A DNA stretch of 64,000 nt from Lachnospirales bacterium (GTDB lineage Bacteria > Bacillota > Clostridia > Lachnospirales > CAMZNU01), in NCBI GenBank assembly GCA_047973385.1, contig JBKEBX010000022.1, positions 11,521 to 75,520 of the forward strand. The letters are read 5' to 3'. Below, piece by piece: positions 53,332 to 63,104 of this stretch (the first letter of the stretch is position 1; each line of letters begins with the position of its first letter). Position numbers and translations under genes: made by a program. The notes under the pieces were generated by a model. The model was not told the DNA's origin, made no database searches, and saw only the letters and a list, made by a program, of their open reading frames with translations.

Positions 53332-55881
53332 TTATTCCTTAACGCCTATGGATTTTGCCATATTTTCATCAGCGTCCCAAAAAGTATACATATTTATTAC
53401 CTCAGTAATATATCTAAAGGGTACCATAAGTCTATCATTTACTATAACAGAGTTCAATGGTTGATTATTGACATTGTACATTTCAAAATATTCTCCATTT
53501 AATGTATAAACATTACTGTCTTTATAAAATTCAATAACTGTACCGTCTAAAAGTATAACTGTTGCCTTACCTTCCTCTTGGTTCCAATAAAGTGGTATCT
53601 CACCCTCTTTTATCTCTGCCATTGCTCGAAGCATTACCATTGTTGAATCTGTTTCATCATCAATATATGATGGAACTTCGCAAATATAAACTAATGTTTC
53701 ATTAAAGGTTCTTATGTATATATTTTTAGTATCAATCTCAACTTCGTACATTTTTAGATTTTTTACTATATCTGCTAACTCTTCATCAAAATTACCATTT
53801 TCAAACCAATCTTCAACTTTATCATTATCTAAGCCACCATTTTCAATCATATCAGCAATTTCATCGTCAATATTGTTATCAAAATCAGTATCCGTTTCTG
53901 TTTCATCATCGTCGTCATTGTCATTATTATCTGTGTCTGTATCAGTGTCTGTATCAGTATCTGTATTCGTATCTATTTCACTTTCAGTTTTTTCATATAC
54001 TGCTACTGCATTTACATCTTCTGTAACTACTGTTGGAGCCGTGTCTGCTATTCCATCATTGTCATAGTCGAAACCTAAAAACTCGTATCCCTCATTCGCC
54101 ACTACATTTGGCTCACTTGGAAAATCCGAACCAATTGTTAAATTTTCGAAATCAGATATATCTGAAATACTACCATGCTCTCCATTAGTAAAGATAACAT
54201 CTACAGATTTCAAAGGTATAGATTGCTTATCCGTAAAAGATTCTTTTTCATCAGTCCCAAAATAATAAACAGTACTATAATCTAAATCTACATTAAGATC
54301 ATCAGCTGTGTATTCTAAAGTATTTTCGTCTTTTAGTATAACATCAAATTTAATAGTAGCCGATTCCCCTGGTTCCATAATTATTTCTGAAAAATGCATA
54401 GTCACAACGCCCTCTACTTCATCATGAGATACATCAAAACTACCTTCATTTTCTATATTTTCAACTTCACCAGTTAGATATGCATCTTTAACATCAACTG
54501 TTATATCAATTTCATAAATATTAACATTTGTATCATTAGTAATTGTAGTTGTTGATGTCAACACTTCTTCAAAATCAGCTTCTTCATCATCAGTATCAGT
54601 TAACTCATGACGTACATTAACTTCACCCTCACGTTCACCTGTAACAACAACAGTAGCTGTACCAGTAACAGGAACTATTTTCCCATCTATTACTGTATCA
54701 TAACTATATGTAAAAATATATTCACCCATGCCTGAAGTTTCTGGGTCATATCCTCCTGTTGAAACTCTTTCCGTATTTTCCCCCTTTTTAGTTACCACAT
54801 AATTAATTATTTCATTGTATGTAGGTTTTAACAACATTTCAATAGTTTCGAGCGTAGTTCCTTTTTCCACTTCTATACGGTCATTTTCAAAGTTTAAATC
54901 TAATATACCACTTGGAGTACCAACGATTGATAAAGTGTTGTAAACCTCTTGCTTAATATGGTCAGGTGCTTTAAATGCTAGTCCTGCATATTGATATTTT
55001 AGTAAAGATTGAGGTAAATTTGCCTTTGTAAAATAAACTTCTGGAAATTCCTCTACACTTATAGGACTATCATTACTCGTAACTTCCAACTTATCTTCTT
55101 TGACTAGATTTACAAACTCCATAGCAATATCTCCTGGATTTTCAGGGTCATCTACAGTTGTAGAAACCATCCATATATTTGGATTTTCCACTTCATCAGT
55201 TGTATCTAAATCATCTGACCCCTCAACAGTTGGATCTACGCCTACGATGTATGCATTGTAAGAAGGTGCTATATAGTCGGATATCCATGTAGTGTTTATT
55301 ATAGCCTCAGAATTATTATCTGTTTTTGCTTTATGTCCAAAAGCTTTTGTGTCTTCATAAGTATTATTGTAAAAATAAACTTCATTTGCTGCACTACCTG
55401 GATTGTTACTACTTAAAGCTAATCCTTCACTTATAAAAAAGCCTGTACGCTGTTGTGCAACTGAACTTGAATATGTTGTAAACATTGCATATCTTTTAGA
55501 AGTGTCAAGTAAATACTTACTTCTTAAAAACAGTGTTTTACCAGGATCAACTACATATGAATCATTTATTGGATTGTACACAAATCCTGAATTATCCATT
55601 TCATTACCATCAGAAGTTATAATATAGTCACTCCAATCTAGTATTAACGTTTCCGAACTCGTTACTACGTCATCAACTTCAAGATTACCCCAATTTATAT
55701 GAGCAATATCTCCTTCTTTTACAGATGAACCTTTTACAGATGAACCTTTTACAGATGAACCACTAGTATTGTTTGTACTTGTTTCATATTTCTCTGTATA
55801 ACTAGAAGTCGCATATACTGGCACTGTATTAAGCACCATTACACCGACTAACCCTGTTAATAAACTTTTTCTATTTAACAT
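53332..55881 (-). CDS. Secreted acidic surface protein with InlB-B-like repeat and C-terminal copper amine oxidase N-terminal (stalk) domain
   Basis: Signal peptide (VYA), NEGYEFLGF repeat motif, DT linker, TMVMLR and DRLMVPFRYITE..WD motifs. Confidence 0.75.
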   Translation of the reverse strand: MLNRKSLLTGLVGVMVLNTVPVYATSSYTEKYETSTNNTSGSSVKGSSVKGSSVKEGDIAHINWGNLEVDDVVTSSETLILDWSDYIITSDGNEMDNSGFVYNPINDSYVVDPGKTLFLRSKYLLDTSKRYAMFTTYSSSVAQQRTGFFISEGLALSSNNPGSAANEVYFYNNTYEDTKAFGHKAKTDNNSEAIINTTWISDYIAPSYNAYIVGVDPTVEGSDDLDTTDEVENPNIWMVSTTVDDPENPGDIAMEFVNLVKEDKLEVTSNDSPISVEEFPEVYFTKANLPQSLLKYQYAGLAFKAPDHIKQEVYNTLSIVGTPSGILDLNFENDRIEVEKGTTLETIEMLLKPTYNEIINYVVTKKGENTERVSTGGYDPETSGMGEYIFTYSYDTVIDGKIVPVTGTATVVVTGEREGEVNVRHELTDTDDEEADFEEVLTSTTTITNDTNVNIYEIDITVDVKDAYLTGEVENIENEGSFDVSHDEVEGVVTMHFSEIIMEPGESATIKFDVILKDENTLEYTADDLNVDLDYSTVYYFGTDEKESFTDKQSIPLKSVDVIFTNGEHGSISDISDFENLTIGSDFPSEPNVVANEGYEFLGFDYDNDGIADTAPTVVTEDVNAVAVYEKTESEIDTNTDTDTDTDTDTDNNDNDDDDETETDTDFDNNIDDEIADMIENGGLDNDKVEDWFENGNFDEELADIVKNLKMYEVEIDTKNIYIRTFNETLVYICEVPSYIDDETDSTMVMLRAMAEIKEGEIPLYWNQEEGKATVILLDGTVIEFYKDSNVYTLNGEYFEMYNVNNQPLNSVIVNDRLMVPFRYITEVINMYTFWDADENMAKSIGVKE
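55716..55760. repeat. Perfect 15-bp tandem repeat x3 (encodes GSSVK)
   Basis: (CTTTTACAGATGAAC)3. Confidence 0.95.
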
Positions 55882-55951
55882 AAATTTCCCCTTACTATTT
55901 AATACTCTAATTCACCACCACATGCCCTTAAAATATAAATAATAGGGTTAT

Positions 55952-55980
55952 ATTATAGCAATAATAATTATTATTGTCAA
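55952..55980 (-). promoter_or_regulatory. Consensus SigA promoter of the surface protein
   Basis: TTGACA-N17-TATAAT with extended TG. Confidence 0.8.
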
Positions 55981-56010
55981 TAGTTAGCCATATTGCTTCA
56001 TTTTTCATTA

Positions 56011-56129
56011 GGAAACGTTGCAAAATTGAAATAATGGCACATTGCAAAAGAAAAAGCAAATTTTCATACTTTCGACAAAGCCGTTGTTTTGCTATGAAAA
56101 TGGATTTTTCTATATTTTGCAAGGTTGCC
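56011..56129 (-). mobile_element. MITE-like repeat, full-length copy (119 bp)
   Basis: Reverse complement GGCAACCTTGCAAAA...TTGCAACGTTTCC; flanked by ATTA/ATTA; contains TTTGTCGAA. Confidence 0.8.
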
Positions 56130-56144
56130 ATTAATAAATTTTTT

Positions 56145-56855
56145 TTAATTATCAACATTATAATTTTCGTATATTTTTCTTGCTAAATATATAAAAGGTG
56201 TATCTGCAATTGATGTAATTAAAAAAATTATGTAACTTGATGCCATTATACTTATAAGTGTACTACTATCGTAACCTTCTGTATAAGCAAATGCACCAAG
56301 TGTAAACAACACAGCGTTAAACAATTGTGTTATCAAAGTTGAACCGTTATTTCTAACCCATAAATATGCTTTTCTATCATTATACTTCTTCTCTGTATAT
56401 GCCCATATTTTATGATATAACCATACATCAAAGTTTTGACATATAAACATAACTATTAAACTCGCTAATGTAATTCTTGGTACTGCTCTAAAAAGTGATT
56501 CTACATGAGTAAATGCCCAATCATTTGATGACGGCGTATACAATAACCAAAACTGTGATATAATAACAAAAGTAATTACTACGAATATACCAAGATACAC
56601 TATTTTCTTAGCTTCTTTCTTACCATAAATCTCGCTTGTTATATCAGTAATCAAAAAAGTTGTAGCAAAGATTACATTCCCTAAAGTTTGTTCAATCCCA
56701 AAAGCATCAACTAATATAAGCACCTCAATATTAGATACAATAATCGCTAGTACCATTGTTGCAACTAGACCCATTTTGCCAAAGCTTTTATATGCAGCAA
56801 TTACAATCAAAAAACTAAAGACAAGACTTAAAATCAATAAAATTTCATTTCCCAT
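56145..56855 (-). CDS. Queuosine precursor transporter (YhhQ/DUF165)
   Basis: FLITDITSEIYGKK, WVRNNGSTLITQ, DTPFIY; preQ1 riboswitch upstream. Confidence 0.93.
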   Translation of the reverse strand: MGNEILLILSLVFSFLIVIAAYKSFGKMGLVATMVLAIIVSNIEVLILVDAFGIEQTLGNVIFATTFLITDITSEIYGKKEAKKIVYLGIFVVITFVIISQFWLLYTPSSNDWAFTHVESLFRAVPRITLASLIVMFICQNFDVWLYHKIWAYTEKKYNDRKAYLWVRNNGSTLITQLFNAVLFTLGAFAYTEGYDSSTLISIMASSYIIFLITSIADTPFIYLARKIYENYNVDN

Positions 56856-56904
56856 AACATTCTCCCATATTCTTTTTTTACACATTCACCATTTTTCAAG
56901 CCAC

Positions 56905-56927
56905 AAAAAAAAGAGGTTATCCTCTTT
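56905..56927 (-). terminator. Riboswitch-controlled terminator
   Basis: AAAGAGG-ATAA-CCTCTTT followed by T run. Confidence 0.7.
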
Positions 56928-57024
56928 AACTAGACTACTATATAAATTACCCTAAAATTAAACGTCATAAAACAGACCAGTTATATAAATATAAAGGGTC
57001 TATATGGATAAAATTGTATGTAAG

Positions 57025-57063
57025 CCTAGTTTTATTTAGTGACAGGAGGTTTGCGAACTGTCA
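57025..57063 (-). ncRNA. PreQ1-I riboswitch aptamer
   Basis: TGACAG-TTCGCAAACCTC-CTGTCA-CTAAATAAAACTAGG; SigA promoter TTGATT-N17-TATAAT at 57091-57119; upstream of yhhQ. Confidence 0.9.
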
Positions 57064-57216
57064 TAGCCATGTTGGTTTCAACACTATAACATTATATACC
57101 CTAAATGTTTAAAAATCAAGAGTTTTTCAAAATATATTGCTAATTTTGCAAAAAAGTGTTATTATAATATAGTTAATATTTAAATTAATAATTTTCAAGA
57201 GAGGTTGGTAATACTT

Positions 57217-58974
57217 ATGTTAATATCAAAACTAATAGGCGAAAGATACAAAGAAAAGCCTAACGATGCTCAAATTCCAAGTCATATATTTACTCTTAGA
57301 GGTGGATATATTAGACAAGTAGGAGGTGGAATTTTTACACTTCTTACACCCGGCAAACGTATTTCAGATAAAATAAGTAATATAATACGAGAAGAAATGG
57401 ATATGGCCGATGGTCAAGAAGTACTTTTCCCCGTGGTTATACCAGCTGATTTATGGAGAGAAAGTGGTAGATATGACTCTGTTGGAAACGAACTTGCTCG
57501 TTTTAAAGATAGAACAGGACGTGATATGGTTCTTGGAATGACTCATGAAGAACCTGCTGTTCATCTTGCAAGAAGCGAAGCTAAAAGCTATCAAAACTAC
57601 CCTTTTATGATATATCAAATACAAACTAAATTCCGTGATGAGCCACGTTCTCGTGGTGGTTTAATTCGTGTGCGTGAATTTATTATGAAAGATGCATACT
57701 CATACCATACAAATCAAGAATGCCTTGAAGATTACTACAAAGTTATGCATCAGTCATATATAAATGTTTTTAAAAGATGTGGACTTGGTAATTTTATTTC
57801 TGTAAAATCTGATTCTGGCATGATGGGCGGAAAAGTTGCCCATGAATTTATGTACATTACAGATATAGGTGAAGATAATCTTATTGTCTGCGAACACTGT
57901 GATTACCGTTCAAATGCTGAAGTTGCAAGTTCAACTTTATTCCCTGCTGAAGCAGAGGACGCACCAATTGAGGAAGTTTATACACCAGACTTGAAAGATA
58001 TTGCTTCTGTTTCAGAATTTTTCAATCTTCCTCCTACTCGCTCTATAAAAACCACTGTTTTTGCAAGCGAAACTGACAACAAGCCTGTTATTGTATTTAT
58101 CCGAGGCGATTTAACTGTTAGTGAAACAAAATTGACTAAAGTTATTCATGATGGTATAGTTCCTATGCTTGAGAATTACGATGATTATAACATTGTTCCT
58201 GGTTTCATCGGTCCTTTAGGGGCTGATTTCTCTGATGACGTTATTGTACTTTATGATAAATCACTTATAGGTGGTAAGGCAATGACATCAGGTGGAAATA
58301 AACCAGATTATCATATTATAAATGTAGGCGTTGAACGTGACCTTGACATAAAAGAGTTTGTAGATGTAGCTGAAGTAAATGAAGGTGAAGCATGTATAGA
58401 ATGTGGCAAACCTTTATCACATAAACGTGGCGTGGAGATAGGTAATATATTCCAATTAGGAAAAAGATATACTGAAAGTATGAACATGACATACACAGAT
58501 ACATCAGGAGATATAAAAGTTCCTACTATGGGTTGTTACGGTATTGGTGTTGGACGTCTTCTTGCTTGTGCTATTGAAGACCACCATGATGATTACGGCC
58601 CTATATGGCCAATTTCTATTGCTCCATGGCATATTCATATTTGTGTACTTAACGCAAATAAAGAAGAAGTCTTTAGCAAAGGACATGAAATTTACAATAA
58701 TCTTAATGGAAAATATGAAACTATATTAGACGATAGAAAAGTTTCACCAGGAGTTCAATTTGCAGATGCTGACCTTTTAGGTGTACCTGTAAGAGTTATT
58801 TTAAGTAAAAAGTCAATTGCTAAAAATATGGCTGAAATTGTTACTCGTGATAAATCAATAAAGAAAGAGGTTGCCCTTGAAGACTTGTATGTTGAAATCG
58901 ATTCAGTTGTACAAGCTATGTGGGATAAACTTATAATCACTGATGAAACAGAAAAGTATCAAGGATTAAACTAA
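57217..58974 (+). CDS. proS: Proline-tRNA ligase (bacterial type with editing domain)
   Basis: THEE, KFRDEPRSRGGLIRVREFIMKDAYS, GCYGIGVGR. Confidence 0.97.
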   Translation: MLISKLIGERYKEKPNDAQIPSHIFTLRGGYIRQVGGGIFTLLTPGKRISDKISNIIREEMDMADGQEVLFPVVIPADLWRESGRYDSVGNELARFKDRTGRDMVLGMTHEEPAVHLARSEAKSYQNYPFMIYQIQTKFRDEPRSRGGLIRVREFIMKDAYSYHTNQECLEDYYKVMHQSYINVFKRCGLGNFISVKSDSGMMGGKVAHEFMYITDIGEDNLIVCEHCDYRSNAEVASSTLFPAEAEDAPIEEVYTPDLKDIASVSEFFNLPPTRSIKTTVFASETDNKPVIVFIRGDLTVSETKLTKVIHDGIVPMLENYDDYNIVPGFIGPLGADFSDDVIVLYDKSLIGGKAMTSGGNKPDYHIINVGVERDLDIKEFVDVAEVNEGEACIECGKPLSHKRGVEIGNIFQLGKRYTESMNMTYTDTSGDIKVPTMGCYGIGVGRLLACAIEDHHDDYGPIWPISIAPWHIHICVLNANKEEVFSKGHEIYNNLNGKYETILDDRKVSPGVQFADADLLGVPVRVILSKKSIAKNMAEIVTRDKSIKKEVALEDLYVEIDSVVQAMWDKLIITDETEKYQGLN

Positions 58975-58991
58975 AGATAATTTCTAAACAT

Positions 58992-59052
58992 AAAATGCCT
59001 CAAAATTTTATAGTATACATTTAAAATGTATCTATTTAATTTTGAGGCATTT
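58992..59052. terminator. Long hairpin terminator between convergent genes
   Basis: AAAATGCCTCAAAATT...AATTTTGAGGCATTTT. Confidence 0.8.
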
Positions 59053-59106
59053 TGCATAATATTCAATTGTTCATTTGTTGGCGTTACCAAGTTAAATTAT
59101 GAAGTT

Positions 59107-60981
59107 TTAAGCAAAACTTTGTTGTTCTTTGAACTGGTTCATATAAAGATTATAATAATCGCCTTTTTTTGCTAACAGTTCATCATGGTTACCGTCTTCT
59201 AAAATCTTACCACCACTAATATAAATAATTCTATCAGCATTTTTTATAGTAGAAAGTCTATGGGCAACAATAAAACTCGTTCTACCCTTTAAGGCCTCAT
59301 CTATCGCCTTTTGAATTTTAGTTTCTGTTAACGTATCTATCGAACTTGTAGCCTCATCAAGTATAAACAAGCTTGGACTTCCGATTATAGCTCTAGCAAA
59401 GGAAACAAGTTGTTTTTGTCCTTGGGATAATCTATCTCCACCTTCACCAACATTTGTATCAAGTCCATCTTCAAAGGATTCTATGAAGTCATATGCTCCA
59501 ACCTTTTTACAAGCCTCAACTATTTCTTCTTCTGTTGCATCTTCTTTGCCATATAAAATATTATCTCGTATAGTACCTGAAAATAAAAATGGTGATTGTA
59601 ACACATAGCTAAGTTGAGAATGTAACCAACTTTGAGAACGTTCTCTATAATCTATACCGTCAAACAAAAGCTCACCTTCAACTGGCTCGTAAAATCTAGA
59701 AACAAGGTTAATTATGGTACTTTTACCACCACCTGTTTCACCAACAAGTGCGATTTTTTCACCTGCATTTATTTTAAGGTTAAAGTTCTCCAAAACAGTT
59801 TGCCCATTTTTATATTTAAAAGTAACATCTTTAAATTCTATATCTCCTGAATACTTATTAAAGTTTTCAGTTTTAGGATTAAAGAAATCTCCATATTTTT
59901 CTGTAACTTCTGGCTTCTCAACAATATCAGATTCTTCTTTTATAAGTGATATTATACGCTCCCCTGATGCCTGAGCAGACTGAAGTTCTGAAAACTTTGC
60001 CGCTATTTGGTTTATCGGTTCAGATATAAGCATCATATAGGATATAAAAGCTGATAAAGTACCAAGAGACACAGAACCTTCAACTACACTATTGCCTCCC
60101 ACAGTAAGAACCATCGCCGTACTCGCTATACCAGTAAAAATTATTATAGGTACGAAAAATGAGTTGACAATTTGTACTTTTATCGTACGACTTCTAAGTC
60201 TGTCCGTCATAACATCAAAGTCGCTAAGGTTTCCGTCTTCACGTACTAAAGTTTTACTTGTCTTAGCCCCTGCAATTCCCTCGCTGTATCCTGCTGTTAC
60301 AACAGAATTTGCACGGCTAACCTTACGTTGACCTTCAAGTATTTTCATCTGAAAGAAAACACCTGCTAAAATAATAAAGGGTATCAACGCAATACTCCAA
60401 AGTGCAAGTTTAACATTTAACATAAACATAGCTATAATTATACAGACAATAATAGCTGAACCCCAAAATATATCGACTAAACTCCAAGCAATCAAGTTGC
60501 CAAGTTTTTGTGCATCATTTGTAAGCCTTGCTATTATCCAACCTGCCTTTGTTTTGTCAAAATATGAAAAGGATAACTCTTGTAACTTTGTAAAAGCATC
60601 TTGCCTTAAATCACGTTGTATTGTAGCTTCTATAATACCTGCAAATTTTATAAACAAATATACTATAAAACTTTGTACCACTATTAGTGAAAAGTATAAG
60701 CCCACAAATATATATATGCTTTTCATAGCAAAATTTATATTTAAAAGTGGAATAGTAAACTCTATTATTTCCTCAGGTCTACCACCTACAACATAGTTGT
60801 CAATAGCATATTTTGAAAATAAGGGAGTTAGCGTATCAAACATGGCAAGTGCTATCATAACAACCAAGCACATCACCACAGTAACTTTACAGTTTTTTGT
60901 ATAACTAAATATATCTTTCCATACTTCAAAATCTATTTTTTTCGAAAATTCTTTCTCTTTGAAATCTTCCAAGTCTAACAC
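59107..60981 (-). CDS. ABC exporter, TMD-NBD subunit (heterodimer partner B)
   Basis: GETGGGKST, LSQGQKQL, ILDEATS. Confidence 0.93.
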   Translation of the reverse strand: MLDLEDFKEKEFSKKIDFEVWKDIFSYTKNCKVTVVMCLVVMIALAMFDTLTPLFSKYAIDNYVVGGRPEEIIEFTIPLLNINFAMKSIYIFVGLYFSLIVVQSFIVYLFIKFAGIIEATIQRDLRQDAFTKLQELSFSYFDKTKAGWIIARLTNDAQKLGNLIAWSLVDIFWGSAIIVCIIIAMFMLNVKLALWSIALIPFIILAGVFFQMKILEGQRKVSRANSVVTAGYSEGIAGAKTSKTLVREDGNLSDFDVMTDRLRSRTIKVQIVNSFFVPIIIFTGIASTAMVLTVGGNSVVEGSVSLGTLSAFISYMMLISEPINQIAAKFSELQSAQASGERIISLIKEESDIVEKPEVTEKYGDFFNPKTENFNKYSGDIEFKDVTFKYKNGQTVLENFNLKINAGEKIALVGETGGGKSTIINLVSRFYEPVEGELLFDGIDYRERSQSWLHSQLSYVLQSPFLFSGTIRDNILYGKEDATEEEIVEACKKVGAYDFIESFEDGLDTNVGEGGDRLSQGQKQLVSFARAIIGSPSLFILDEATSSIDTLTETKIQKAIDEALKGRTSFIVAHRLSTIKNADRIIYISGGKILEDGNHDELLAKKGDYYNLYMNQFKEQQSFA

Positions 60982-60988
60982 CTCCTAT

Positions 60989-62788
60989 CTATACAATGTC
61001 ACTTGTTTGGATTTCCCATATTTTTTTATATAGTCCCTCTTTTTCTATAAGTTCTTCATGGTTACCCATTTGCGTTATCTCACCGTTTTCCATGACAACA
61101 ATTCTGTCACATTCAACTAGTGTACTGATTCTTTGGGCAACAATAATTGTAGTTAGCTCTTTGTTATGGTCTTTAAGTCTTGAACGTATTCTATTATCAG
61201 TTTCTACATCAACAGCTGATAAACTATCGTCAAAAATAACTACTTTGCTATCTTTTATAAGTGTTCTAGCGATTGCAACCCTTTGCTTTTGTCCACCTGA
61301 TAAAGTCACACCTTTTTCACCTACTAAAGTTTCATAACCCTCATCAAATTTTTCGATAGTTCTATGTACACTTGCAATATTTGTAACTTTATATACATCA
61401 TTTTCTTGACTTGTAGGATTTGCAAGTTTAATATTGTCGAAAATACTTTTTGCATATAAAAAGTTATCTTGTAAAACAATACTAATGTTTTCACGCAAAT
61501 GCTTTTTGTTTATTTCCTTTACATCTACACCGTTTATCGTAATGCTACCATCTTCCACATCAAAAAGCCTTACTAAAAGATGCATAAGTGTAGACTTACC
61601 TGAACCTGTTGTTCCTAGAATACCAACACTTTCACCATTTTTTATAGATAAATCTATATGTTTTAAAACTTCTGTATTGGGATCGTCTTGGAAAGCAAAC
61701 GAAACATCTTTTATCTCGATATTTCCGTTTATTTCAGGGGTCAAACCTGTATCTAAACTATCTTCAAATTTAAGTTCTAAAATCTCATTTATTCTATCAA
61801 CAGCAACTTTTGTTTTACTAAACTCTCCTACCATTCTCGATAATTGTCTAAGTGGGTAGATATATCTATTTGCACATGAAACAAAAATAATATAGTCCCC
61901 AAGAGATAACACACCTTTATAACCTGCATAGGCACAAGTACCTATAACTATAATATATTGTGTTAAACATAACAAATCTGAAAAACTCCAAAACAGACCA
62001 TATCCTCTAAGTAACTTTTTGATATTTTCGGCTAAATCTTCGTTATATTTTGTAAACTTATCTATTTCATAATTTTGCTTATTAAATGCTTTTACAACCC
62101 TTATACCATTTGTGTTTTCTTGTATAGTAGTCGTAAGTGTAGCTTCTTTAAGCTCAACTTCTTCATGTAACTTATCTAGCTTACTTCTTATCAAAAAAGA
62201 AAAAGCAAAGATAAAAGGCAACATTACAATAGAGTATAGTGCCAGTTGTACATTTATTGTAAATAGTAAAATAATTGATGGTACCGCTAAACCAATAATT
62301 TTAACTACTTCAATAATTTGTACACCATAAAATGAATATACTTTATTTATGTCACTTGTACATCTTTGTATCAAATCCCCTGAGTTCATTAAACTATAAT
62401 GAAAATATTCCATTTTCATAAGCTTCTCAAAAACAATGTTACGAAGTTTGTAAGCCATATCGTTAGCACCGATTGCCACATACTTCACCCTTAGATGTGT
62501 AAACAAACCTATAAGTAAGCCAATCACAATCAAAACTAAGGACAACACCCATATACGTTCACTTAAATATTCACGACCACCAAGTATATTAACTAAAAAA
62601 TCCATAACAGCTGGTGCATCATAGGAACTTTCCACGCCACTGTATGCCCCTAGTAAATCTTCGACAACATACCCTGTTATAATCGACGGCATAAGAAACA
62701 ATGCCGATGAAATTAAAACGGATACTATTGCTATAATAAAAGGTTTTTTATTTTCCATAAGTAAACCTATTATAACTTTATTATTCAT
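60989..62788 (-). CDS. ABC exporter, TMD-NBD subunit (heterodimer partner A)
   Basis: GTTGSGKST, LSGGQKQR, degenerate Walker B FDDSLSAVD and Q in place of the H-switch. Confidence 0.93.
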   Translation of the reverse strand: MNNKVIIGLLMENKKPFIIAIVSVLISSALFLMPSIITGYVVEDLLGAYSGVESSYDAPAVMDFLVNILGGREYLSERIWVLSLVLIVIGLLIGLFTHLRVKYVAIGANDMAYKLRNIVFEKLMKMEYFHYSLMNSGDLIQRCTSDINKVYSFYGVQIIEVVKIIGLAVPSIILLFTINVQLALYSIVMLPFIFAFSFLIRSKLDKLHEEVELKEATLTTTIQENTNGIRVVKAFNKQNYEIDKFTKYNEDLAENIKKLLRGYGLFWSFSDLLCLTQYIIVIGTCAYAGYKGVLSLGDYIIFVSCANRYIYPLRQLSRMVGEFSKTKVAVDRINEILELKFEDSLDTGLTPEINGNIEIKDVSFAFQDDPNTEVLKHIDLSIKNGESVGILGTTGSGKSTLMHLLVRLFDVEDGSITINGVDVKEINKKHLRENISIVLQDNFLYAKSIFDNIKLANPTSQENDVYKVTNIASVHRTIEKFDEGYETLVGEKGVTLSGGQKQRVAIARTLIKDSKVVIFDDSLSAVDVETDNRIRSRLKDHNKELTTIIVAQRISTLVECDRIVVMENGEITQMGNHEELIEKEGLYKKIWEIQTSDIV

Positions 62789-62814
62789 AATTCTCTCCAT
62801 TTTTCTGAAATTAT

Positions 62815-62865
62815 TTAAATCAAAATCACATCACCTTTAAAACTTTTTTTAATTATATTATTCAT
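62815..62865 (-). CDS. Candidate leader peptide MNNIIKKSFKGDVILI
   Basis: AAAAGGAGGT SD 5 nt before ATG; located between promoter and ABC operon. Confidence 0.55.
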   Translation of the reverse strand: MNNIIKKSFKGDVILI

Positions 62866-63034
62866 ATTATACCTCCTTTTTTTATGAAATTTACACAGTC
62901 ACAAATTGCATCGCCTTTATTACATTAACAGACTTTACTGTAATTGTCAACTGATTTCCTGTAATGTAACAATAATTTAACACAAGGTGACGGTAAAACC
63001 AAAAACGACTGACTGTAACAAAAGAAAACACAAC

Positions 63035-63078
63035 AAAAGACTGTAAAGGACCTCAACAAACAAATTCCTTTACAGTCT
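63035..63078 (-). terminator. pyr operon terminator
   Basis: AGACTGTAAAGGA...TCCTTTACAGTCT then T-rich tail on the minus strand. Confidence 0.8.
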
Positions 63079-63104
63079 AAACTTCACAATACTTATTTTG
63101 TTGT

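Noticed and set aside
53266-53502. 78-aa + strand ORF
   Set aside because: Starts inside a repeat, crosses a terminator and is antisense to the surface protein
55928-56186. Two overlapping 70-76 aa ORFs
   Set aside because: They run through the MITE copy and the surface-protein promoter; no SD; treated as spurious
57120-57216. T-box leader for proS (also checked for gltX)
   Set aside because: Insufficient space and no T-box (TGGNACC) antiterminator motif seen
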